This document shows, one piece after another, positions 18,347-28,364 of a stretch of 64,000 bases of DNA (its first letter is position 1; the number at the start of each line of letters is the position of its first letter). The notes below the pieces were generated by a model. It was not told the origin of the DNA and searched no databases. It saw nothing but the letters and a program-made list of their open reading frames with translations. Made by a program: the position numbers and the translations under genes. The stretch is from positions 35,533 to 99,532 of the forward strand of contig JAPSGB010000014.1 in the NCBI GenBank assembly GCA_035063585.1, read 5' to 3'. The DNA is from Polyangiaceae bacterium. Lineage in GTDB: Bacteria > Myxococcota_A > Polyangia > Polyangiales > Polyangiaceae.

Positions 18347-20460
18347 CCGAGCCGGGCGACAAGGCACGCGAGGAGTTCTTCTCCGAGGCCCAGGAGATCA
18401 TCGAGAGCTTCTCGAGGAACCTCCTGGCGCTCGACGCCGAGCAGAAGGCTGGCCGGAGCGATCCGTCGCTCATCAACGAGGCCTTTCGCGCGGTACACAC
18501 GCTGAAGGGTCTGGCGGGGCTCTTCGGCGCGGCTCGGATGGGAGCGCTCTCGCACCGCCTCGAGGACGTGCTCGATGACTTGCGGCTCGGACGTCTGGAG
18601 GCGACTCCTCGCATCCTCGACGTCCTCTTCCGCGCAGTGGATGTCTTCGCCGAGATCCTATCGGTCGAGCGCGCCGGGGATGATGCGCCGCTCGCGTCCC
18701 TCGACGAGCTCATGGCGCAGCTCGCCACCATCGAGCTCGGGGCCCCGCCGGCGAGCGCGCCGAGCTCCGACTACGAGCTCGACCCGGGCATGCTGGCGGT
18801 GCTCACCGAGTACGAAGAGCATCGGCTGCGGGCCAACATCGAGCAAGGACTAGGACTCTACCGCCTCCGCGTGCTCTTCGACCTCGCTTCCATCGACAAG
18901 GCGCTCGAAGACATCAAGGAGCGCGCCAAAGGTCACGGCGAGATCGTCACCTATCTTCCCACCGGGGAGTCGACCAGCGCCGACGCCATCGAGCTCGATC
19001 TGCTCATGGCATCGCGCTCGGATCTCGCGACGCTCGTGTTCGCGCTCGGCGCCGATAACGTGGTGATCGAGGAGGTGCCGCGCCGCCAGCGCAAGTCGCT
19101 CGCTTCGGGGCAGACGGTGCCGCCAGTGCTCGCGGGGCCGAGCGTAGAGCCGAGAGCGCTCGACGGTGCCGGCGAGCGGGACTCGGAGGGCGAGCACGCG
19201 GTCATCGAGGTTGCGGGGTCGCTCCGCTCGTTGACGCACACGGTGCGGGTCGACATTCGCAAGCTGGATCACCTGATGAACATCGTCGGGGAGCTCGCCA
19301 TCGTGCGCGGCAACCTCTCGCGCCTCGCCGAGCGCCTACGCGGGGACGGCCAACGTCATCTGGCGACCGAGCTCCTCAGGCTGCACCGCAACTTCGATCG
19401 GCGGCTCGCAGAGATGCAAGGCGGCATCCTCGAGGTGCGGATGGTGCCGCTCGGGCAGGTGTTCGATCGGCTCGCGCGGGTGGTGCGGCAGATCAGCCGC
19501 GACGCGGAGAAGGAGATCCGCTTGGTCATCACTGGCTCCGAGACGGAGATAGACAAGCTCATCGTCGAGGAGCTCAGCGATCCGCTGATGCACATGATTC
19601 GCAACGCCATCGACCACGGCATCGAGGCCGCCCAGGACAGGAGCAGCGTCGGCAAGCCGGTGGCCGGGACCATCGCGCTCAACGCCTTCCAGAAGGGCAA
19701 CCACGTGATGATCGAGATCGAGGATGACGGCCGCGGCATCGACGAGGAGGCGGTGTTGGCGAAGGCTGCTGCCCTCGGAAAGATCGAGCGGGGGAGCGGC
19801 GCCGAGCTCACTCGAGACGAGGTGATCGGGCTCATTTTCTTGCCGGGTGTGAGCACGCGTGAGGCGGCAAGTGACCTGAGCGGGCGCGGAGTCGGAATGG
19901 ACGTCGTCAAGACCAACATCGCGCGGCTCGGCGGTGTGATCGACGTGCAGAGTGAGCGCGGCATCGGTACCAAGATGACGATCACTCTCCCCATAACGCT
20001 CGCGATCGTGAGCGCGCTCCTGGTCGAGGTGGGGCCTCACACGTTCGCGGTTCCCCTGAACAGCGTCACCGAAGCGCTTGCCTTCGACGGCACCGGCGTG
20101 CGCGTCGTCGACGGCCGTGAGGTCATGACACTCAGAGGGACGACCCTGCCGCTCTGTCGGATGGATCGGTTGTTCGGCATCACCGGCGCGGAGCATCCGA
20201 GCAAGGTTCGTCGCTTCGTGGTGGTGGCGACCGTGGGTAGTCGCCGGCTGGGGCTGGTCGTCGATCATCTGGTGGGGCAGCAGGACATCGTGATCAAGGC
20301 GCTAGGGCCATCTCTCGCTGGCGTGCGAGGGTTCTCGGGCGCCACCGAGCTCGGCGACCAGCGCGTCGCGCTCGTGCTCGACGCCGGCGGACTCATCGAG
20401 GAAGCGTTCAGTAGCCTGGAGGACAGGCAACTCCCTTCGCCGTCGAGGCTAGATGGCTGA
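18343..20460 (+). CDS. cheA: chemotaxis histidine kinase CheA
   Basis: FRAVHTLKG (P1), VRVD..KLD.LMN.VGEL, HMIRNAIDHGIE, DDGRG, SGRGVGMDVV, LPITLAI, C-terminal CheW domain. Confidence 0.97.
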   Translation: MTEPGDKAREEFFSEAQEIIESFSRNLLALDAEQKAGRSDPSLINEAFRAVHTLKGLAGLFGAARMGALSHRLEDVLDDLRLGRLEATPRILDVLFRAVDVFAEILSVERAGDDAPLASLDELMAQLATIELGAPPASAPSSDYELDPGMLAVLTEYEEHRLRANIEQGLGLYRLRVLFDLASIDKALEDIKERAKGHGEIVTYLPTGESTSADAIELDLLMASRSDLATLVFALGADNVVIEEVPRRQRKSLASGQTVPPVLAGPSVEPRALDGAGERDSEGEHAVIEVAGSLRSLTHTVRVDIRKLDHLMNIVGELAIVRGNLSRLAERLRGDGQRHLATELLRLHRNFDRRLAEMQGGILEVRMVPLGQVFDRLARVVRQISRDAEKEIRLVITGSETEIDKLIVEELSDPLMHMIRNAIDHGIEAAQDRSSVGKPVAGTIALNAFQKGNHVMIEIEDDGRGIDEEAVLAKAAALGKIERGSGAELTRDEVIGLIFLPGVSTREAASDLSGRGVGMDVVKTNIARLGGVIDVQSERGIGTKMTITLPITLAIVSALLVEVGPHTFAVPLNSVTEALAFDGTGVRVVDGREVMTLRGTTLPLCRMDRLFGITGAEHPSKVRRFVVVATVGSRRLGLVVDHLVGQQDIVIKALGPSLAGVRGFSGATELGDQRVALVLDAGGLIEEAFSSLEDRQLPSPSRLDG

Positions 20461-20935
20461 CCTGGTTCGTCGCTCGGCGAGCCGGCTCGCGCGGCACGCG
20501 AAGGATCGTGGCCCCGTGCGCGAGTTCCTCTCGTTCGGCTTGGCGAACGAGCTCTACGCGGTCGAGCTCACGCGTATCCGCGAGATCCTCTCGCCGCCAC
20601 CCATGACTCGCGTGCCTCGCGCGCCCCAGAGCATCGTCGGTATTTGCAGCGTGCGCGGTCTCCTGGTCACCGTGCTCGACCTCCGGCGCTGCCTGCGTCT
20701 CACCGAGCTGCCGCTGACGCGCCGCGCGCGGATCCTGCTCGTAGAAGCCGATGCGGGAGAGGCCGTCGGTCTCTTGGTCGACGAGGTGAGGCAGGTGGTT
20801 CGTTTGAGTGAGGGAGAGATCGAGCTCTCGACGTCGGTGCTTGGGGGTGACGCTTCCGAGCATGTGCTCGGGGTCGGACGCCCGCACGGCGAGCTCTTGG
20901 TCTTGCTCGATATCGGCGGCATCGTTCGACGCTAG
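20453..20935 (+). CDS. cheW: CheW adaptor
   Basis: FLSF.L..E.YAV...IREI, VPRAP..I.G...VRG....V.DL. Confidence 0.92.
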   Translation: MADLVRRSASRLARHAKDRGPVREFLSFGLANELYAVELTRIREILSPPPMTRVPRAPQSIVGICSVRGLLVTVLDLRRCLRLTELPLTRRARILLVEADAGEAVGLLVDEVRQVVRLSEGEIELSTSVLGGDASEHVLGVGRPHGELLVLLDIGGIVRR

Positions 20936-20956
20936 CAACCGAGGAGTGACTCGGAG

Positions 20957-21460
20957 ATGGCCATCTCAAGTGACAAGCAGCGCGCGGATTCGCAGAAGAC
21001 TCTGGTCGGTTTCGTGGTCGGAGCGGTCGCCTACGCCGTGCCGATCGACGCGGTGAGGGAGGTCGTGAACCCCCTCGAGCTCACCGCGCTTCCTCACGCA
21101 GCCCCAGCGGTTGCCGGGGTGGCGGATCATCGCGGCGAGGTGGTGCCCATCGTAGATCTCCGGCGGAGGTTCGGGCTTGCCGAGCGATCCGAGCTCGGCC
21201 GCTCCAAGTGGATACTGGTCGATGTCGGAGGGCGAACCGTGGGCCTCGCCGTCGACGCCGTGACCGAGGTGTTCGGCACGTCCGGAGAGGGACTCAGGCC
21301 ACCCCCATCGCTCGGAGCGGGAGATGAGCGTCGAGGGATCATTGGGGTGACGACTCACGACGAGCGGCTCACCTTCGTGCTCGACGTCGCCCGCTTCGAG
21401 TCGCTGGTCGCTCCGCTCGATGAGGCGGGGTTACTCCGGGCAGTGGCGGTGGGCGATTGA
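20957..21460 (+). CDS. cheW: CheW adaptor
   Basis: YAVPI..VREV, LPHA...VAGV..HRG.VVPIVDLR.RFG. Confidence 0.92.
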   Translation: MAISSDKQRADSQKTLVGFVVGAVAYAVPIDAVREVVNPLELTALPHAAPAVAGVADHRGEVVPIVDLRRRFGLAERSELGRSKWILVDVGGRTVGLAVDAVTEVFGTSGEGLRPPPSLGAGDERRGIIGVTTHDERLTFVLDVARFESLVAPLDEAGLLRAVAVGD

Positions 21461-23580
21461 CGGACCTCGAACGACTCGCGAGCGCGCTCGACTCGAGTGA
21501 CCCCGAGGAGCGGCGTCGCGCGGTGGCGGGGCTGGCGAGCGAGAGCCGCCGCGAGGCGCTGCCCCTGTTGCTCAAGGCCCTGGGAGACACCGACTGGCGG
21601 GTGAGAAAGGAGGCGACTAACGCTGCGGTGTCGCGGGCGCCTTCGCCAGAGGTCCTCTCCGTGCTCGTGGGCGCGCTCGGCCCGGGAGACAACGTCGGGC
21701 TCCGAAACGCGACGGTCGAGGCGCTCGGCAGCTACGGGGCCGCCGCGGTGAGCGCGCTCGAGCGGGCCCTCTGCACGCTCGACGCCGATGGCCGCAAGCT
21801 CGCCGTCGAGGCGCTGGCGAAAACCGGACAGGCATCTGCCATCGCCGCGCTCAGCGACCTGATGGAAGACGCCGACCCCAACGTCCGCGCGACAGCGGTC
21901 GAGTCGATCGCCGAGGTTGGCGTGGCTTGGCCCGACGACGCGATCCCGTTGCTCGAGCGGTGCCTCCGCGGTGACGACCGCTACCGCGCGATGGTCGCGC
22001 TCGACGGGTTGAACCGGCTCGGAGCGGTCCTGCCCTGGGAGCAACTCGAGGCGATGCTCGACGATCCGGTGCTTCGACGGCCTGCCGTACGAGCCGCCGG
22101 GCACAGCGGCGATCCGCGGGCGACCGTGAGCCTGATCGCGCGACTGGAGACGACGAGAGGCTCGGCTCGACAAGGCCTGCTCGAGTCGCTGGTCGGTTCC
22201 GTGCGTCGCGGTCCGTCCACCTCCGGTGCGGCCCGCCTGGCGCTCGGCAAGCTGTCGGTTGCTGCGCGCACGGAGTTGCTGACGGATGCGCGTGAGGCGG
22301 CAGGTGATGCGCTCGCGCTGCGTCGCGCTGCGCTGGTCTTGCTCGGGCTCCTCGACGACGACCAGGCGATCGAGGTCGTGCTGGACGCCTTGACCGACGA
22401 CCGCGTCGCGGCCGAGTCGGACGAGGCCTGTTCGACCCTCGGCGCGCTCGCGGTGCCGCGAATGCTCGAACGCGCGCGATCGTCCGGCGGGGACGAGCGA
22501 GCGATGTGGCTCGATGCGATCCGGAGGTCGGTCGGCTCATCGCCTGCGGCCGCCGCGGTCGCAGAGATCCGCTCGATGTTGTCCGATGACTCGCCCGAGG
22601 TCGTGCGCGCAGCGCTCGCGGCGCTTGCCGTCATCGGTGATGACGAGTGCCTCCACGCCGCCGCGCGCGTCCTCGACGCGGCCGAGTCGCCGCTGGTCCG
22701 CCAAGCGGCCGCGCTCGCGGTGGCGCACCTTGCGCAGCGTCATCCCGAGAGCGCTCGCGAGCTCGCTCGGGGCGCGTCCGGGCGCGGTGATGGCGCGCAT
22801 GCCGCGGTCATCGTCATCGGCGCGCTCGGAGCCAGCGTCCGAGGCGGGGTCGAGGGCACCGCACGATTTCTCGCGGAGGCCTTGGCGAGCGCGAGCACGG
22901 CCGTGCGCTGCGCGGCCCTCGAAGCGCTCGCCACCGCTGGCGGCGGCTCGGGTATCGAGAGCGTGATCTTCGCGCTGTCCGACGAGGAAGCAGAGGTCCG
23001 GCTGGCGGCGGTCCGCGCGCTGGGTCGCGTGCGTAGCGACTCGGGCGCCGCCGTCGGCGTGGACGCCCTGCTCCGGGTCGTCGCGGCCTCGAGCGACTCG
23101 GCCTTGGTGGCGAGGGCCATCGCGGCGCTCGGAGCCTCCGGGGACCCCCGAGGGTTCGACGTGCTCCGACCCGTAGCGCGCTCAGGTGATCCGCTCCTGG
23201 CGGTCTCGGCGGTGGAAGCCCTCGCCGCGCTCGTCGGTCCGCAACGGGTAGACGCGTTGGTCGATGCGCTCCAACACCCCGATGGAGAGGTGGTTAAGGC
23301 TGCGCTGCGCGCGTTGGCCGTCGTGTCGGAACCGCGGGTGGTCGCGCACCTCGGCGTGTGTCTCGATCACCCCGCCTGGGACGTTCGCCGGCTCGCGGCC
23401 GATCTGTTGGGGCGCATCGGCGGCCCAGTCGCCGGCGGGCTGCTCCGCGCCAAGCTCGGGACCGAGCACGAACCCTCCGTTCGAGACGCGATTCATGGCG
23501 CGATCGCCGAGATCGACGCTGGCACGAGCCGCCGTCCGCCGTCCACTCCGCCCTCGGACGGGAGCGTCCGCCCGAAATGA
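21457..23580 (+). CDS. HEAT/PBS-lyase repeat protein
   Basis: Many L.D.D..VR..A..AL repeats. Confidence 0.9.
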   Translation: MTDLERLASALDSSDPEERRRAVAGLASESRREALPLLLKALGDTDWRVRKEATNAAVSRAPSPEVLSVLVGALGPGDNVGLRNATVEALGSYGAAAVSALERALCTLDADGRKLAVEALAKTGQASAIAALSDLMEDADPNVRATAVESIAEVGVAWPDDAIPLLERCLRGDDRYRAMVALDGLNRLGAVLPWEQLEAMLDDPVLRRPAVRAAGHSGDPRATVSLIARLETTRGSARQGLLESLVGSVRRGPSTSGAARLALGKLSVAARTELLTDAREAAGDALALRRAALVLLGLLDDDQAIEVVLDALTDDRVAAESDEACSTLGALAVPRMLERARSSGGDERAMWLDAIRRSVGSSPAAAAVAEIRSMLSDDSPEVVRAALAALAVIGDDECLHAAARVLDAAESPLVRQAAALAVAHLAQRHPESARELARGASGRGDGAHAAVIVIGALGASVRGGVEGTARFLAEALASASTAVRCAALEALATAGGGSGIESVIFALSDEEAEVRLAAVRALGRVRSDSGAAVGVDALLRVVAASSDSALVARAIAALGASGDPRGFDVLRPVARSGDPLLAVSAVEALAALVGPQRVDALVDALQHPDGEVVKAALRALAVVSEPRVVAHLGVCLDHPAWDVRRLAADLLGRIGGPVAGGLLRAKLGTEHEPSVRDAIHGAIAEIDAGTSRRPPSTPPSDGSVRPK

Positions 23581-24458
23581 GTCTTCGCCTCGAGCCTCGA
23601 CCCCGTCTCACTCGGGACGCCTTCCGACTGCTCCGCGATCTCGTGAACGACTACGCCGGGCTGACTTATGACGACGCCGCCATGTACGCCTTCGACCGGC
23701 GACTGGGCGAGCGCGTCCTGGCGCTCGAGCTCGGGAGCTTTGACGAGTATTACAAGTATCTCCGCTTTCACGTCCGCGGCGCGGCTGAGCTCGATGAAGC
23801 CGTCGAGCTCCTGACTACCAAAGAGACTTACTTCTTCAGGCAGGAATATCAGCTGCGAGCCTTCGAGAAGGAGGTGCTGCCGAAGATCGCCGCGGCCAAC
23901 GCTTCGCGCCGCAGGATCTCGGTCTGGAGTGCGGGATGCTCGACCGGCGAGGAAGCCTATACGCTCGCCATGATCCTCGACCGGAGCGGCCTGTTCGACG
24001 GTTGGGATGCGCGCGTCATGGGCAGCGACATATCCAAGCAGAACATCGCGCACGCTCGGCGCGGGGTCTACCGGTCAGCTTCCTTTCGTGTGATCGAGGA
24101 CAACGTGCGCCGCGCCTACTTCACCCCGACCGCGGGGGGCGCCGAGGTCATCGCCGACCGCGTCAAGCAGATGTGCCATTTTGGCCAGATGAACCTGCTC
24201 GACGCGTCGCGCGCGGCGGTGGTGGGGAGGGTAGACGCCGTCTTCTGCAGGAACGTCCTCATCTACTTCGATTTACGCTCTCGGCGCCGGGTCATAGACA
24301 GCCTCTATGACCGGCTCGTCCCGGGGGGCTATCTGATGCTCGGGCACTCGGAGTCACTCCTCAACCTGAGCACCGCGTTCGAGCTCGTGCACCTGGAAGA
24401 GGATTTGGTCTATCGTAAGCCGCTCGCCGCGCAGCGGTGGGATGGGGTCGAGCGATGA
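23577..24458 (+). CDS. cheR: chemotaxis methyltransferase CheR
   Basis: T.ETYFFR, WSAGCSTGEEAY, FCRNVLIYF, GYLMLGHSE. Confidence 0.96.
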   Translation: MSLRLEPRPRLTRDAFRLLRDLVNDYAGLTYDDAAMYAFDRRLGERVLALELGSFDEYYKYLRFHVRGAAELDEAVELLTTKETYFFRQEYQLRAFEKEVLPKIAAANASRRRISVWSAGCSTGEEAYTLAMILDRSGLFDGWDARVMGSDISKQNIAHARRGVYRSASFRVIEDNVRRAYFTPTAGGAEVIADRVKQMCHFGQMNLLDASRAAVVGRVDAVFCRNVLIYFDLRSRRRVIDSLYDRLVPGGYLMLGHSESLLNLSTAFELVHLEEDLVYRKPLAAQRWDGVER

Positions 24459-25522
24459 CGCAAGAGCCGAAGATTCGACAGGTGCCGCTCAAGGTGCTCG
24501 TGGTCGATGACTCAGCTTACAATCGTCGTTCCATCAGCGAGATCCTGGCGGCCAGCCCCGACGTCACCGTGGTCGCGAAGGCCGCCGATGGCGAAGAAGC
24601 GCTGCGGCTGGTGTCGGTGTACCACCCGGACGTCATCACCCTCGATCTCGAGATGCCGCGCATGGATGGCTTCACGTTCCTGCGCATCCTCATGAGCAAG
24701 TACCCGACACCGGTGGTGGTGGTCTCGAGCTACAGCCAGAAGGAGAATGTCTTCAAGGCACTCGAGCTGGGTGCACTCGACTTCGTTGCCAAGCCGGACC
24801 GGTACGCGGACGTCGACCTCAGCGGCCTACGAGACGAGTTGGTGCAGAAGGTGCTCGTTGCACGGACGCTCAAGCGGCAAGCGCTCGCCGTGCGGCAGCG
24901 GCTCGACTCTTCGAGCGGCGCGCCGTCGGAGCGCCCGAAGCCGCCGCGCGTGACCGCGCCTCGCCGGCTCATCGCCATCGCGTCGTCGACCGGGGGACCA
25001 TCGGCGCTCATGGAGGTGTTCTCTGGGCTGCCAGCCTCCCTACCTGATGCCGTCCTCATCGCGCAGCACATGCCGGAGAAGTTCACGCGGACCTTCGCCG
25101 ATCGTCTCGACCGTCGCTCGGCGTTGCGAGTGAGCGAAGGGCAAGATCAGGATGCCATCGGGGGCGGCACCGCCTTCGTATGTCCCGGCAGGAAGTGCAT
25201 GGAGGTCGAGCGTTCGGGGACGGGGTATCGACTCAGGGTTCACTCGCCGAGTGAAAAGGATCGCTACGTACCGAGCGCCGACCGTCTCTTCTCGAGCGTG
25301 GCGCGCGCGGCAGGCCAGCGCGCGGTGGGGGTCATCTTGACGGGTATGGGGGACGACGGCGTGAGCGGGGCTCGCGAGATCGTCGAGGCAGGCGGCGTCG
25401 TGGTCGCCGAGAGCGAGGTCACCGCCGTCGTGTACGGCATGCCCGGCGCTGCCGTGCGCGCTGGTGTGGTGAGTCGCACACTCACCCTCTCGGACGTCGC
25501 GGACTGGATCGTCGGAGCCTGA
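24455..25522 (+). CDS. cheB: chemotaxis methylesterase CheB
   Basis: REC domain; ASSTGG, QHMP, LTGMGDDG catalytic motifs. Confidence 0.96.
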   Translation: MTQEPKIRQVPLKVLVVDDSAYNRRSISEILAASPDVTVVAKAADGEEALRLVSVYHPDVITLDLEMPRMDGFTFLRILMSKYPTPVVVVSSYSQKENVFKALELGALDFVAKPDRYADVDLSGLRDELVQKVLVARTLKRQALAVRQRLDSSSGAPSERPKPPRVTAPRRLIAIASSTGGPSALMEVFSGLPASLPDAVLIAQHMPEKFTRTFADRLDRRSALRVSEGQDQDAIGGGTAFVCPGRKCMEVERSGTGYRLRVHSPSEKDRYVPSADRLFSSVARAAGQRAVGVILTGMGDDGVSGAREIVEAGGVVVAESEVTAVVYGMPGAAVRAGVVSRTLTLSDVADWIVGA

Positions 25523-25544
25523 GCATCCGGCGCCGGGTGGGGCC

Positions 25545-25572
25545 TTGACAAGATGGTTTGCGTGACCATCTT
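25545..25572 (+). promoter_or_regulatory. sigma70-like promoter overlapped by an inverted repeat
   Basis: TTGACA at 25545-25550; AAGATGGT-N7-ACCATCTT at 25550-25572 covers the spacer and a weak -10 (CATCTT). Confidence 0.55.
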
Positions 25573-25683
25573 CGGCCGAGCTACGGCCCTCGCGCGGCAC
25601 ACGGCGCGCGGGCCCGATGCAGCACGACATCGACGCGGCGGGTCCGTCGGGGCGCGTCGCTTCACCGGTCACGGAGGACGATC

Positions 25684-26112
25684 ATGTTTGGTTACTACGA
25701 CGATTTCGACAGGACCTATCAGCTCCTGGACGCCTTTCGAAATGAGCTCGGGCGAGCGCTCGAGCCATCACGCGCGGTCGCGGGCGGCACGTTCCCGGCC
25801 ACCAACCTCTATGATGCGGGCGGCGCGTTGGTGCTCACCGCGGAGTTGCCGGGGGTCGTAGAGAAGGAGCTCGAGATCACCTTGACCCAAGACGTGCTCA
25901 CGGTAGCGGGCGGGCGGAAGCTCGGGGTCCCGGAAGGGTACTCGGTGTATCGGCAAGAGCGCCCTCCGTTCCGCTTCTCGAGGAGCTACACGCTCCCCGT
26001 GAAGGTCGACCCCGAGAAGACCGTCGCGCGCTTCGAGAACGGGGTCCTCGAGGTCACGCTGGAGAAGGCGCCTGAGGTGAAGCCCAGGCAGATCGACGTA
26101 CGGCCGTCTTGA
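25684..26112 (+). CDS. Hsp20/alpha-crystallin small heat-shock protein
   Basis: GGAGG RBS; AELPGV, FSRSYTLP..VD, A.FENGVL.VTL.K. Confidence 0.93.
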   Translation: MFGYYDDFDRTYQLLDAFRNELGRALEPSRAVAGGTFPATNLYDAGGALVLTAELPGVVEKELEITLTQDVLTVAGGRKLGVPEGYSVYRQERPPFRFSRSYTLPVKVDPEKTVARFENGVLEVTLEKAPEVKPRQIDVRPS

Positions 26113-26130
26113 ATGGAGGAACACGGAGCC

Positions 26131-26511
26131 ATGGCGAATTTCGACAAGGTATCATCGAGGACCAGGGAGACGGTGAGTCAGCGCGGTGCCGTATCGCCCC
26201 GGGTGGACGTCTACGAGAATGAGCGCGAGCTCCTGGTCATCGCAGACGTGCCGGGCGCGCCGCGTGATGGCCTCACCATCAGTGTCGACAAGGACGAGCT
26301 CACCATCGAGGCGCGCGCGCCCGAGGCTGCTCCTGGTCGTTCGGCGCTGCTCACCGAGTACCGCGCGAGCGACTACCGCCGCACGTTCGTGCTGCCAGGA
26401 GGCATCGATCGCGAGCACATCGACGCGGAGCTGAAAGCTGGGGTGCTGACGTTGAAGCTGCCCAAGCTCGAGGCCCTGCGACCGCGGCGAATCCAGATCC
26501 GAACCGCCTGA
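26131..26511 (+). CDS. Hsp20/alpha-crystallin small heat-shock protein
   Basis: P.VDVYE, ADVPG, Y.R.F.LP..ID...I.AEL..GVL.L.LPK. Confidence 0.93.
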   Translation: MANFDKVSSRTRETVSQRGAVSPRVDVYENERELLVIADVPGAPRDGLTISVDKDELTIEARAPEAAPGRSALLTEYRASDYRRTFVLPGGIDREHIDAELKAGVLTLKLPKLEALRPRRIQIRTA

Positions 26512-26532
26512 GCGTTCGATTCGAGCGCGAGC

Positions 26533-26578
26533 ACGTCAGGAGGCGACCTCGAGAGCGGAGGCCGCCTCCTGGCGTTTT
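26533..26578 (+). terminator. probable intrinsic terminator after the Hsp20 pair
   Basis: ACGTCAGGAGGCG...CGCCTCCTGGCGT long stem (one G-U pair) followed by a short T run. Confidence 0.55.
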
Positions 26579-26704
26579 GCCGTCGGCGGCGCTGCTGCGT
26601 TGGAATGAGATCGGAAGGTCGCCGGTTCTTCACGAGAGACGGCCGAGAAGAGCCAAGCCCGCAGTTGGTCGGAGGCGGCCATACCCTCTCGGCTCGAGAC
26701 GACC

Positions 26705-28234
26705 ATGCGTCTTCGTTGGATCTGGAGCCCTCTGGTGCTCGCCGGAGCGGCCGGAACATTCTTGGGTGTGTGGGGCACGGCGTGCACGAGATCTCTTGCC
26801 GGGCCTGGAGCCACCGTGGCGTCGGTCTCGAGCCAGGCCGCAGCGGCGGTATCGGCGGTGCTTCTGCCCGCCCCGGCCTTCGCCGAGACGGTCGACCAAC
26901 GGGGCAAGCCCGTCACCATCGCTGACGTCGCGGGTCGCGCGCTGCCCTCCGTGGTCACCGTCGCGTCCACCAAGGTCGAACGAGTGCGCCCGAGCTCGAT
27001 GCCGTTCGGGAGCGATCCGTTGTTCCGGGGCTTCTTCGGCCCCGGGTCGCAGCCTCCGCGCGACCAGCGTGAGCATGGGCTCGGCTCGGGCGTCATCGTC
27101 GCGAGCGATGGAATCGTGCTCACCAACAACCATGTGGTGGACGGCGCTGACGAGATCAAGGTGTTCACGCAGGACAAGCGGGAGTTCACGGCGAAGATTC
27201 TCGGGACCGACCCCAAGAGCGATCTCGCGGTTCTCAAGCTAGAGGGCGATACGAGCAGGCTCACGCCCATTTCCATCGGAGACTCCTCGAGCCTCCGACT
27301 TGGTGACGTCGTCCTCGCGATCGGCAATCCGTTCGGAGTCGGTGAGACGGTCACCATGGGGATCGTGTCAGCGAAGGGGCGCGCAAACGTCGGGATTGCG
27401 GCTTATGAAGACTTCATCCAGACCGACGCGGCGATCAACCCTGGTAACTCGGGCGGAGCACTGGTCGACATGAACGGGCGCCTGGTCGGCATCAACACCG
27501 CGATCTTGTCGCGTAGCGGGGGTAACCAGGGGATCGGCTTCGCGATCCCGTCCAACATGGCAAAGCCCATCATGGACAGCCTCGTGAAGACCGGCCGCGT
27601 GGTACGCGGCTGGCTCGGGATCGGGATCCAGGACATCGACGCCGAGCTCGCGACCGCGCTCGGGCTTCCCTCCGCGAACGGCGTGCTGGTGAGTGAGGTG
27701 AGCGCAGGTGGCCCCGCCGAGAAGGCCGGGTTGAAGCGCGGAGACGTGGTCCTCGCCGTCGATGGTCAGAGTGTCAGTTCCACCGGCGAGCTACGCAATG
27801 TGGTCGCCGCAGCCGGCGCCCGCGTCAAGGTGACGATGGACCTCCTTCGCGATGGGAAGCGGCAGTCGGTCACGGTCGAGCTCGGTGAGATGCCCGCTGA
27901 GGGCGAAGGCACCGGTGGCTCGTCCGCGGGAGCTCCCTCGAATGGCTCGTCCAGCAGCCTCGACGGACTCACCTTGCAGGGGCTCGATGCGCAAACGCGG
28001 CGTCGCTATCAGGTTCCCGCGAGCGTGACGCACGGAGTGGTCGTGACCGATATCGAGCCCGGGAGCCGTGCTGCGGACCAGGGGCTCCGCGTCGGCGACG
28101 TGGTGTTGGAGGTGAACCGCCACGCGGTGGACGGCATGCGGAGTTTTCAGGGCCGCTATCAGGCGAGCAAGGACAAGGTGCTCTTGCTCGTATCGCGCCA
28201 AGGCAACACCATGTACCTGGTCTTCTCGCGGTGA
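26705..28234 (+). CDS. degP: DegP/HtrA (Do) serine protease with two PDZ domains
   Basis: GSGVIV, TNNHVV, DLAV, QTDAAINPGNSGG, two PDZ domains. Confidence 0.93.
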   Translation: MRLRWIWSPLVLAGAAGTFLGVWGTACTRSLAGPGATVASVSSQAAAAVSAVLLPAPAFAETVDQRGKPVTIADVAGRALPSVVTVASTKVERVRPSSMPFGSDPLFRGFFGPGSQPPRDQREHGLGSGVIVASDGIVLTNNHVVDGADEIKVFTQDKREFTAKILGTDPKSDLAVLKLEGDTSRLTPISIGDSSSLRLGDVVLAIGNPFGVGETVTMGIVSAKGRANVGIAAYEDFIQTDAAINPGNSGGALVDMNGRLVGINTAILSRSGGNQGIGFAIPSNMAKPIMDSLVKTGRVVRGWLGIGIQDIDAELATALGLPSANGVLVSEVSAGGPAEKAGLKRGDVVLAVDGQSVSSTGELRNVVAAAGARVKVTMDLLRDGKRQSVTVELGEMPAEGEGTGGSSAGAPSNGSSSSLDGLTLQGLDAQTRRRYQVPASVTHGVVVTDIEPGSRAADQGLRVGDVVLEVNRHAVDGMRSFQGRYQASKDKVLLLVSRQGNTMYLVFSR

Positions 28235-28364
28235 GCCGAGCCGGGACGACGCGGACCGCCAAGGCCCGTAGCCCGCCGCGAGCTCGAGCGCGAGGACCGC
28301 TCCCGTCACGACCGTTGCGCGAACCCGAGCGCTCGCGCCACGCATCTCGTTCGGGCCTCGATGA

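Noticed and set aside
25573..25683. ROSE-type RNA thermometer before hsp20
   Set aside because: Could not identify the U(U/C)GCU anti-SD motif or a convincing pairing by eye; needs folding.
26580..26704. Structured ncRNA between hsp20 and degP
   Set aside because: Only short GC-rich hairpins; no recognisable SRP, tRNA or riboswitch signature.
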